Assembly: GCA_028023455.1 (NCBI GenBank)
Contig: JAQFVV010000010.1
Span: forward strand, 1,984,001 to 2,048,000
Length of the DNA stretch: 64,000 bases
Direction of reading: 5' to 3'
Origin: Epiperipatus broadwayi
Lineage: Eukaryota > Animalia > Onychophora
The notes under the pieces are model-generated. The model searched no databases and was not told the DNA's origin. It worked only from the letters and a program-made list of their open reading frames with translations. Below are positions 27,001 through 39,000 of the stretch, one piece after another (within the stretch, counting starts at the first letter, position 1; every line of letters begins with the position of its first letter). The position numbers and the translations under genes were made by a program.

Positions 27001-30000
27001 ATAGATAACATAAACGAGGTCAAGAATTATAACTAGAGGGACCCAGTCCACTAGAGGAAGCCTAGGACTCCAGTTTTCACTGCTTCAGGTTCCCTGTTTT
27101 GTTCACCAAAGTCATAGTCCATTGTTGGATTCATACAAGAAAAGTTTACCAAAATGTAAGTGAATATCTGTTTTAGTGCTTTTTCATCTTTAGAGGAAGT
27201 TTTGGAACAGGTTTTCATTCAATGATAATTGAAATTATCTATCATTCCGTTTTATGCAAATGGATGCTATTAGAAATATACAAAGGCTTGCTTAAGTAAT
27301 TCTTGGAATCATTAGAATATTATAAACCTTTTAAAAATAATTTTAAATGAAACCAAATAATTCTGAAAAGAATAGACACTAGAAATCCTAATTTTATTGA
27401 TAGAATAAATAGGAAATTCATTTGGACATCAAATCTCATAGAAAACGTGGAATATAATATGTTGACAATGATGATTTTAGGAAATTTATCTTTGCGTCAG
27501 ATTTTAGCAGTGTTAAACAAGTTTTAAATGTTAATTCGATCTCAATTTTAGAATTGAACATTATAGAAAATAACCTAAGCTATCTCCCTGCACAAAAATC
27601 AGGTTTCTCCAATGATCAGAACAGAAGTTATCTTCCCCCTTCCAGTGGATTGCCCCCCCCCCCCAATTTCAAACCAACACAGAATTACAATAAAGTGATT
27701 CCTGAGCTAAAAAATAATGATTTAAAGACAAAAATGAGTACAAATGATGTTTTAGACCTAAACAGACATTGAAGCTGCAAATTATTCATACTCTTTTAAG
27801 CAATAATTATTGAGAATTTTCCAAGGTTTAACAACAAACTTTCAGATTATATTTGAATCATTGATTACTAATCAAGACCTGAAATTCAATCAAAAGAAGC
27901 AGGTTCCAATTAGTATCGACAAATAAAAATCACTGCGAACCCTGAAGGACTTTGGTTGGTGGGTTGAGCAGCTATTGTGAACATTTGCAGACGGTGTTTG
28001 ATAATGATTAAGGGCAGATGTTCAGCTCCATTGACCTCAGTGTGCAGGATGATATCACTGGATGATAGACACTCCAGCTAGAAATATCATCTTTGTAACA
28101 GTAATAGAGTTTTGTTGTAATATTTGCAGGCACGGGTCTGCACTCCTCATTTCTTCCACAGGGGTTGATGATGGCGGTCATTGGGGGTCTGGTTTATGGG
28201 TGTGGGTTGGTGACGATTATTGCCGCTACCGGGAAAACCTGCCAGGAGGGTACAGGGTCTAAGTTTTCAGCGCCTTTTCTGCTCTAATGGGCTGCTGCAC
28301 CCTCTTGATGGATTGGTTTTGGGCAGTGCAGATCTGTGCTCATCCATGTATAGATACACATTAAGCAAAACTATACAACCCTTTTATGGATATATTTGTT
28401 ATCGAGCGTACATACTTTGTAAATCTGGTCAATAATTATTTTGCCTTGTAACATTGAACACTTTGTAATCCTCCATGGGTAAGTGTAACCGATAATTTTT
28501 TGTAATGTTTTGACTAATAAAGGTTACTTTTGAGGAAAAAAAAAGAAAGAATTATAACTAAAGATCTGGAACTCAGCTGAAACAATTCTTAAACAGTTGT
28601 GCCACAAATAGCTCTTAACAGCTTGATACATATCCAACTTCTTCTGTTAAACAAAACTGTAACAAGTGCGCGATATTTTTCCTCTCGCAGTTTTTATATC
28701 TTTCTGAGTTCTTTTGTTTTAGTCTTATCTGCTACATCACTCCAAATTCTTAATCTGCATGTTTTCCAACTCCGTTTTTATTGTTCTTAACTTTATTTAC
28801 TTATTTTTATCTTTGATAAAAATAATCCCCACAACTTGTTTTCAATTATTATTATTTCCATTATAATTAGTTATTTTTATTTTCAATTAAAATAAATCCC
28901 CACAGCTTGTTTTCAATTATAATTATTTTCCATTATAATTATTTTTACTTTCAACTAAAATAAGCGAAAACTTCTGGAGTAAATTGTCTCTTGTAACTTC
29001 GCTATTTATTCTTCAACAACGAATACAACACTTCCTCCCCTCACTCCAGAAGTTAGAGTTTATTTATGTTACACATAATCATCCAAAATGCGCGGTTTTC
29101 TTTTATCCGGTACAGGTTTGGGCGGTTTCTCTTTTTCAGTTTGGAGAAACACTTGATTTTTCCGATTAATCGATATAACCTTGAAAATTGTGTAAACTCT
29201 TCTTTTTTCTCACCACCTTGAGTGCCTTTTTCTCTCATTTGGAGAAACTCTGGGGTTTTTCCTGTTCTTCGGTTTTTCTCTCTGGCAGCTCACTGTCTAA
29301 AAATTGCCATTCTAAAAAATCTTCGTAAGTATCAATTTCATTTTCACTTTCGGCCATCTTTTCTTGTAGTTCCATTTCATACTGCTGCCAACTCTCTACC
29401 TGTTTGGATAATTCTGACATTGCGAGTTTACTTTTTAAATCTTTATTCGATCTTTCAAAACTCTGACATTCTGAAAGTTTGCTTTGTAATTTTCCACTAT
29501 GTTCTAAATTTTGTTGTTCAAGTACTTTTAATTTATTTAAATCATAAATATCCAGTTTTAATTTGTGCACTTCTTTTGATAGTTGTTTAGTCGTCTTTTC
29601 ATATTGTCGACTAGAAATGCTCATATTTATTACGCTATGTTCTAATTCTGTTACTCATTGTCTAGAAACCTTCAATTTTCCTTGAAATTCTTCCAGATCA
29701 TTTTGTAATTTGTAATTATAATTTTTCAGTTCCTGTAACTGCAAGTTGAGTTGCAGCTCAGATTGCATCTTTTTCTCAAGCATGATAGCTAATTCTTGGT
29801 TCCTTGATTCCAATTCTTGTAATTTAGTGATCCCTCTTTGTCTCTGCGAAATAGTCCTATCTCTCATGCCAATGCTTTGCCCCTTAGTTGATACATAGTT
29901 AATGGTATATGTTGTACTATCTGTGCTTGGATTACATTTTGTTTGTTGTGGTTTTTTGCATACAGCTGCTAAAAGTTCTTTAAATCCACAGTTAAAACAG

Positions 30001-33000
30001 TTTTCTTTTCTCCATTTACAATTCTTAGCTACATGGCCAGTTTTACCACAGTGGAAACATTTCACTGCTGCCTTTGATCTATTTTATAAACTTTCATTCA
30101 TTTCACTGCTGCCTTTGATCTATTTTATAAACTACCATTTTGCTGGTCTCTTCTGAGTTGTTTCTAAAAGCTATGGCTTGCTCAATTACTGCTTCATATG
30201 CTATTCCTTTTTTAATAGCCACTTCGTATGATAAGTCACTTTTCGTTAACAATGCCAGTCACAATCTTTCGTCGTACATTCCCCACAATAATTGATCCAG
30301 CAAAGCTTGTCCTAAAAATTTGCCATAATCGCAGTTTTTTGCCAACTGTTTTAATACTATATCATAGTCTTTAATTTTTTCCTCCCTGGCTTGCTTTCTA
30401 TTTCTAAAAGTTAATCTAGCTACGTGTCTAGATGGCTTCGGGCTAAAATAGTCTGCTAATTTTTTAACTATATCTTCAAATTGTACTTCCTCGGTTATCG
30501 GTCCGTCCTATAATTTATTCACAATTTCTATGACTTTACATCCTGCTAAACATAAAAGTGTGGCCACTTTTTTTTCATTATCTTTTATCCCATTCAACTT
30601 GAAAAAATTGTCTAATTGCATAATATAGAGAGGCCATTTCTCTGCATTGTCAATACTAAATTCAGGAAATACTGCTTTGTCCTAATGACATTTTACTTGT
30701 TTCCAATAGTATCGGTTGATTTTCTCATCTAGCTTATTCTTTCAAGTTTCACTAGGTTTGAAAATTTTGACTGCGCCAATCTTGTAATGTCTTCGCCCCT
30801 AAGTTTTTCAGAGGGTAAAAAAGAACATACAATCCGATAGATAACATAAACGAGGACAAGAATTATAACTAAATATCTGGAACTCAGCTGAAACAATTCT
30901 TAAACAGTTGTGCCACAAATAGCTCTAACAGCTTGATACGTATCCAACTTCTTCTGTTAAATAGTGCACGATGTTTTTCCTCTTGCAGTTTTTATATCCC
31001 TCTGAGTGCTTTTGTTTTAGTCTTATCTGCTACATCACTCCGAATTCTTAATCCGCATGTTTTCCAACTCCATTTTGATTGTTCTTAACTTTAATTAGTT
31101 ATTTTTATCTTTGATAAAAATAATCCCCACAGCTTGTTTTCAATTATAATTATTTCCATTATAATTAGTTATTTTTATTTTCAATTAAAATAAATCCCCA
31201 CAGCTTGTTTTCAATTATAATTATTTTCCATTATAATTATTTTTACTTTCAACTAAAATAAGCAAAAACTTCTGGAGTAAATTGTCTCTTGTAACTTCGC
31301 TATTTATTCCTCAACAATGAATATAACAACTATTTGCTAGACATCCAGCCATATGAGCTAAGACATAGCAAAATATTGCGACAATCATAGGGCTCAAATC
31401 TAACTCAAATGTAAAATAGCACTTGTTCAGTTCAGCCTTTAATTTATTAAAATGTGTTCATTCGGTCAAACTAACATAGCTGAATTGAATGTCAGTAATG
31501 TGACAGTGGCCATTATATATAACACGAGTAAATAATTTTTTTCATAGTTAAATGGAATTGGAGATAATATGTGAAAAGTAGTTGTACTACTATGTTTTGC
31601 TCACAAAACAGTAATCAAGGTTATAAATAGATTTTTTGAAATACTGATAACAGAGAATATAACATACGAGGAAATAATAAAGAAATTAGGTGATTATTTT
31701 AGTCTTGGGCCAACCCATCATGAAAGCAGTTTAAGAAAAGAAAATAAATGATTATAGTTTAGCCCTGAGGGAATTAGTAATATGTATGGGAAATTTGTTG
31801 ATAAACTACTCATGAATCAGTTACTCTGGGATATGTCTGATATAGTCTCACGCAACAATTGCTTACAGAGATTGATCTTACTTATGCAATGGCCATTAAG
31901 TAAGGCATAATGTACGAGTTACTACTTGAACAGGACCATGCTTTTAGAAATAAAATTGATGAAAACATTGTTGGATTGTTCAAGATAATAAAAGAAAGTA
32001 CGATTCCACAGAAATTTGATTATGGAAACTAGTAAAATCACATGCTCTTGCTGTGGTAAATTAGGCCATATAACGAAAGAGTACAAGTGCAGAAAGGAAC
32101 ATGTTATAAATGTGGAAAAAATGGCATTTAAGGTATGTATATAAAATAGAAGGGAATGGGAAAAGTCAAAATAAATTTTAGTTGCAAGAAAATAGGGGAA
32201 GCTAACCAGTGTCTACTCACATTGTAAAAAAAACATGGAAGTCCAAGGTCTGAAGCCGTTCACAATTAATTTACAAATTTGCAGAAAAAAGTTACCATGG
32301 AAATTGGCAGTGGCTCAGGAATATCATTAATGTCACAAACAGATTTGAGGTACTATCAGCCGCCAACGTTAAAATTCAGTTAGAAAAAGTGAAATGGAAA
32401 TATTCAATAGAGGTGTTGATAGGCAGGAAATTATGTATTAAGCTATTGCTGTTTCAGGCAAATACTGTCATTCAAATGCAAAGTAACAGAGATGAAAATG
32501 TATCTGAAATAGGTGATAGAGTTTGGGTACGAGACTTGGTCAGGAAGAAATGATTAGAGGGGATTGTCACTGAAAGTCTATCCAAACAAATGGGACTAAA
32601 TACAGGAGACATGAGAATCATGTCCACAATTGAGCCTGGGAAAACATAGTTTTCATTTCCAATATCAAAGGATAACACTCAGGAATAACAAAAGATAGCT
32701 GGCTCAGCACTTTACAAAGTATTTATTGGTCAAAGATGAACAAAAACCACAACTGGAAATTAGTAAAATTGAACTGGAATCTCAGACACTAAAGAAATCG
32801 ACTCTGAAACTAGCCATAGTAAAATATGAGGGAAAAAATAAATCACCCAAGCCATGACAGCAGATCTGGAAGCCACTTAAATTCCAAGAATACGCATAAA
32901 GTGAAGTAATTTTTCTGGAGTAAAGGGAAGAGTGTAAAATATTCAGTTTTGGTTAAATTTATTAAAAATAAATTTAGCATGTACACAATCAAATAAATTC

Positions 33001-36000
33001 CTGTAGATAAAAATATCTTTAATTAAACTGATTTAGAAATAAATTTAGCTTATATAGGAATTAAATTCATATAGATAGAATTATCTTTAATTGGGCTAAT
33101 TTTAGAAGTAAAATTAGTTTATATGAGATAAATTCCTAGAGATAAAATGGAAAAAAAAATCTTAATTAAATTTATTAGGAAATAATTTCATCTGCATAAA
33201 TTTAAATGATTTTCTAATAGATAAAAATATAATGAGCCTTTTATGTTGACTGAAATAAATGAAAACTGATAATAGAGTTTAATTGGTTCAGGCAGAAACT
33301 AATTAAAACCAACAACATTAAAAAATAACTCCCACTCAAATTTCACAATAAAAATAGTTACTCCAGAAAAAGATAAAAATATCTTTAATTAAATTGATTT
33401 AAAAATAAATTTAGCTCATATAAGAGATAAATTCCTAGAGATCAAATGGAAAAAAAATCTTAATTAAATTTATTAGGAAATAATTTCATCTGCACAAATT
33501 TAAGTGATTTTCTAATAGACAAAAATATAATAAGCTTTTCGTGTTAATTGAAGTAAATGAAAACTGATAATAGAGTTTCATTGGTTTGGGCAGAAACTAA
33601 TTAAAACCAACCAGGTAAAAAATACCGCCCACCCAAATTTCACAATAAAAATAGTTACTCCAGAAAAAGAAAAGAAAAAGAAGATAAAAGAAAACAGAAA
33701 AGAAAAGATATAAAAAGTAAAGAGAAAGAAATAATTTGTTCTTTTTCTTTTCTGGACTTCTCGCCATGCTCCTGAAGCAGCAGAAAGATCATCATTGGAT
33801 GTCATTCCCAGGATCTTGGTTCCTGTAGGTAAATAAGCTGAATAAGCAAATTGCTCCAATATTATTTTGTGAATGTTTCAAAGGCTTTTCCAAGATTTAA
33901 GAGCAAGACTTTAGTAGAGGTAAAGTACACCTTTTCTAATTATTTAAGTTTATAGAACTGCTTAAGCAATGAACTGTGTTTTAAGCAGTTGGCATATATA
34001 TATATTGTAACCATCTGGGTTACGTGGCACACAGCAATATAGTTTTGTGTATATATATATATAAAGTAAAGGAAAAGTAGAAATAAACACAGACAAATTT
34101 TTGTAGATATTTTCTACATTTACTGAGAATAATAATCCTATAAAGGGTTAAATAATTTGAATTTAAAACAGAATTTTATTATGAAATAAATATTTTTTAA
34201 AAAAAGGTTCTAAATAAATAATATTCTGATTTTGAAATGAATTTATTTTTGAAATCTTTTAATTAAAACTTTATAAAATATCTAATTTTTTTAATTAATG
34301 CTTGTGTTGCATTTTTATCTATTTTTAATAATCTTTGATAAGATTTCCAAATGTAGCTTTTTAATTAAAAGTGCTTTTGGAGGGATTAAAATTGTTTCCA
34401 ATCAAGAGAGATAAGAAAAAACAGTTTAAATTAGTGTTGTCATCTCAGATGATTTTATAAAAGGACTGATAAAAAATAGTTCAGTTTTTCGCTTACAGTT
34501 TTTGTAAGAATTGGCCAGAAGTCTGGCTTTAATATATTAAGAAGTCTGGATAGTAGTTTTTGAAAAGAGAGTTGGCTAAAATAGTTTAGCTAATATTTTT
34601 GTTAAGAGTTAGATGCAGATGGTAACTGTAGCAGAGAATGGCCACAGTAATGCTAGCTGCAGAGATGGCTGGCAGAATTATACAGAAAACTACCTTTTGT
34701 GTGTAAGGATGCAAGAAAGTAGCTGCTCTACAGTTCATTAGTGGAGTTTGAATTCACTTGGAGGTAAAAGGTCAAGATTTTTTGTAATTCATAGCTACAA
34801 ATGTGTTCTGGGAAAACAGCTAATTTTCCTGGATCAATCCTACCCAGAAGGGAACTGATCAATGCCAATAACCATATCTAAATTATACCTTTCTGATTAT
34901 GACAATTCTGGATTATACCTGTCTGACCAAGAAGAGAAGTACAGATAAATGTATATACAATGGTGGGTAGCATTATATATAATGAGAATGAAATTTTAAA
35001 TAAATTTTTTTGGTAAAAATGACATTTAAAAATCCATATATTTTAAAGGATAAGAATTGAATTAAAATCTAAAAGTAATTATTGATTCATGGACAATTTA
35101 TTTTGAAAAAGGAAAAAGAGGACTTCAAAAATCTCTTAGATTAATTTAAAGATGTTATTAATTAATTGGGAATAATCTGTCATAAAAAAAACTTTTGAGT
35201 TACCTGTCAAAAAAATTGACTTTATTTTTTTTTAAAAAAAAAAAAGAAGGAAAAAGAAAATAGTGAAAATACTTTTATTGACTGAAAAAGACTAATTAAC
35301 AATATTATTTCATATCATCTAAATGTTCATAGATACACATGTATATGTAATTTTATGTATAGTTTTCAAATGGAATTGATTATGAAATACATTTTTAATA
35401 ATTTTATTATTTTGATAAATTCAAACTTCTTAATTTTATATCAAGCCACATGCCTGTGTGCTGAATGGGTTTTGAGTAAAGCTAATGGAACACGTATATA
35501 AACCACAATAGTTACTTGAATTTTGTATAGTAATTTGTAAATCACAATGTGATAATTTGTCATTATTGTATGTTAATCAAAATCAGAAGGCTTAATTGAT
35601 ATGCCTAGTCTTATTCTAGACCTTAATGTCTTTTTTTTTATTGTTAATAAACTTGTGTTCAATTATGAAAATTATTCCTGTGGTTCTAAATATTTTTAGA
35701 ATATTTGTCTATCATTTCTTGGTCACACAGTCATAGAGCTTGTGTTCTTCTGAGCTAGATTTGTATATAAATGGGAATGTATTTTAAGTGCTTGCGCTTA
35801 ATAAATTTAATATATTAAGTAGTTATATATTTTAAAGTGAAAATATTTAAATTGAGAATAAAAGTTAGATATATTGGGGTTTAAACTGTTGCAAAAATGG
35901 AATCCAGTGTAGAAATTGGTAGGGAGTACTATTAAAAGAAAGTCCTGTTTCTTCAAAAATTCCCAAATAGTAGAAAAGGAAAAAGAAGAAACTGAGATAG

Positions 36001-39000
36001 ATGATGATGGACATGAAACAAAGTCGGGCAATTATGGAAAAAAATAGAGCAATCTTGGAGGAGTTTAAAGCCAAAATGAAAGAATGGAGACAAGAAATAA
36101 TGGAAAGTTTTAAAATGCCAGAAAACAGTAGAAAGATGTAAGTGAAGTGAGAGATGAGTTAAAACAAGATAATGTTAGAACAGATAAGGTGGAAATGAAG
36201 ATAGAAATGTGCAGAGATTGGATACAGATAGATAGTGTGGTGGGGAAGTTAGAGCATACAAATCAAGAGATAGAAGAAAGTAGGGAATTTATATGCTTTA
36301 ATAGTTTAAATCAATGTATTATAAAATATTCTATTTTGTTTTGACTATAGCATGACATTAAGATATTACACATTACTAAACCACAAAAAAGTAAACACAC
36401 ATAAAAGAAAATGTTAATTTGTTCCAGTTTACCTTCTGATTATTTATTAACAAACAAAAACAAATTATTAAATAAAATGTATTATAATTGTTTAAATATA
36501 ACACTGAAGTTAGTAATAATTTTTTTGGTTAATTATATATCTATATGTTTACTTATACACATTAAATGATCTTTTAAAATAATAGCAATAATAATACAAA
36601 TAATAATTATATAAATAACATACTACCTGCTTGGACTCTCATTAATGTTTATACACAAAGAGCTCATAGTCTTTAAACTACTTTTATTAAGTTCACACAG
36701 TGAAAATCCATAAAAATTCATGAAATGATGGTATTTTAAAATACAGTAATTTCCAAGAGTTTGTTTCTTTTAAAATATCTCAAGTTTATTTAATAAAATA
36801 ATTCTTAATAATTCATAGCAAGATTCATATTGTAGTTGATGTTGAGTAACAAGTGTTATTTTCTTTTTCTTTTTTAATAATTAAATGGTTATTTCAAATT
36901 CATAATTATTTCATTTGGATTTATTTCTTGGCACACAAATAGACACACACATATATATATATTACTTCACATGGTTCTTAATAAGCATTTTATAACTTTT
37001 CTTCTAGAATGCTTTTTAACAAATTCCATTTTTAGTTATTATTTTACACACCTCTCAAAAGACTAAATTTGTCATTTGAAATAAGTACCAATTTCCTGCT
37101 TAGCTCTTCATTATGTTATTTATTTTAAATATTTTTTAAAATATATATATCATGTTTTTTTAAAAAAAAAACAATTTACTGTTTAATGCATTATACTAAC
37201 TGAACTGATAGAGATATATAATGTAGAAAGAGAGTTAACTTAAGTTAATTCACAGGCAATCTATATCTTTTGTTTATTGACATAACATTTAGGGCATTGA
37301 CTTAGGTATAGTAACTAATGCATGAACTCAAAATTTAACCCTTTTATTTTATTGAGCGATTACTGCACTTTAATTAAAGATCATTTGAATACAAACCAGC
37401 ATCCTGAATGAAGAAAAATATTTTAAAATAAAATAATGATTTTTAATTTCTTCTTTAAATAAAAGTATATTTGTTTGTTTATTAAAAACATTATTACATT
37501 TTATATACCTTTAATAATAACTACTTAAAATATATGTGATTTTCAATTCAATGTAATCCAAATATGAATCTAAGATCTCATACACATATATAATAAATAA
37601 CTTGTTATTTATTTATCTAAACTTATTGTTATTAAAATATGTGAATAGACAACACATTACTGTAAAACCTATCAAAATAAACATCTTTAGATTAATTAAT
37701 ATTTTATAGTAAGATGTTAAGTTTAATGCAAAAAGTAAAAAAATAAATCATGAATTATTATTTTGCATTTGGGCGCATTTACAATAGCTTCAAAATTAAA
37801 ATAAATATCACTTGATGATTTTAAATTTACCAATATATATAATTGTGATAATTTTTTTTTAATATAGCAATGCCTATTTTAAGTCTAATGCAGGATGGTA
37901 CAATAAATAAAGAAAAAGAAAAAAACTTTGTTTTCTTTTTTTTTTGTTTAATCATTTTTTAATCTTATAATGTATATGTAAAAAATATTTGTTGCACAAC
38001 ATATTGTGAAATGAATATTCTCATATTTAGATCTTGATAAGTATATTTTTGGTGAAAAAACATTCTTCAATACATGGTAAGTGAGAAGAACAAAAATGTG
38101 AAGTATACATGTGTCAGAAAAGAAAAAGGGCAGTCTTGCTGAGTCTATTCTAAGACTACTCAAAGAAGCATTGCAGACTCATTCCATAGATAAGAGAAAT
38201 CACTGGTTAAAACAGTTTGAATAGCCTACCTTGCTGACTACTTTAATTAAAGAAAAGATATTTCTTTTTATTTTATTTATAACAATCATTAGGAATCAAG
38301 TCTTTTGAAAAGATAGAATGAATCCACTCTCCTTTTTTAACCTAAATGTATATGTATAAACATATCTTAAGCATTTGGAAATGAGTGTGTGAAGATATTA
38401 ATTGATTAATTAATATCTTCATGCTTTCATTTCCAAGTGCTTAAGTTTGCCTATAGATATATGTTTCGGTTAAAAAGGTAGTGTGGATTCATTCTACTTT
38501 TCAAAAGTCTATCTTTATAAAAGTCGCTATCTTGTGTCATGATTTGGAAGGTTCCTCTATCGGCAAAATATGCTTGATTATTATGAATTTTGTGCATTGA
38601 ACACAGGTTAAAGCCTGTTTAAAAGTATTTACATGTGTTTTCTGTGTGCTCAATAAATTAATTACTACTCTTCAAAAGATTATCTTGTGTTTAGAAAAGA
38701 CAATATTTTTTAAAAGTGTTTATGATTATTACAGATTAAAATATAGTGCTATATAAATAAATAACACATTATATATATGTTTATTTAATTTATAGAAAAA
38801 AAATTATGTGTGTATATAAGTTAATGATTTTCTAAAAAATAAGTTTGTGAATTAGAGATTTTTTTTCTGCTGCATACAATCTTTAAAAATATTGGTCTAT
38901 GCTATCATTTATGTTTATATAAAAAAGCTATCTTTTTATAAAATTAAATATTAATATTTAATATATTATTTCTCTATAGATTGCGTTATCTTCCTGATCA

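Larger units (their letters stand above)
26946..31328 (-). mobile_element. Non-autonomous LTR element (Gypsy-like gag + coiled-coil ORF, no pol)
   Basis: LTRs 30783-31328 and 26946-27035 + 28561-29030 (TGTAA..ACA, highly similar); PBS TGGCGCAGTC at ~30768-30778; PPT ggagtgaggggaggaag at 29031-29047; gag with CFHCGKTGHVAKNC; no clean TSD (atact/actat). Confidence 0.88.

Noticed and set aside
29222-30156. Plus-strand ORFs 29222-29590 and 29902-30156
   Set aside because: They are antisense shadows of the gag/coiled-coil ORF
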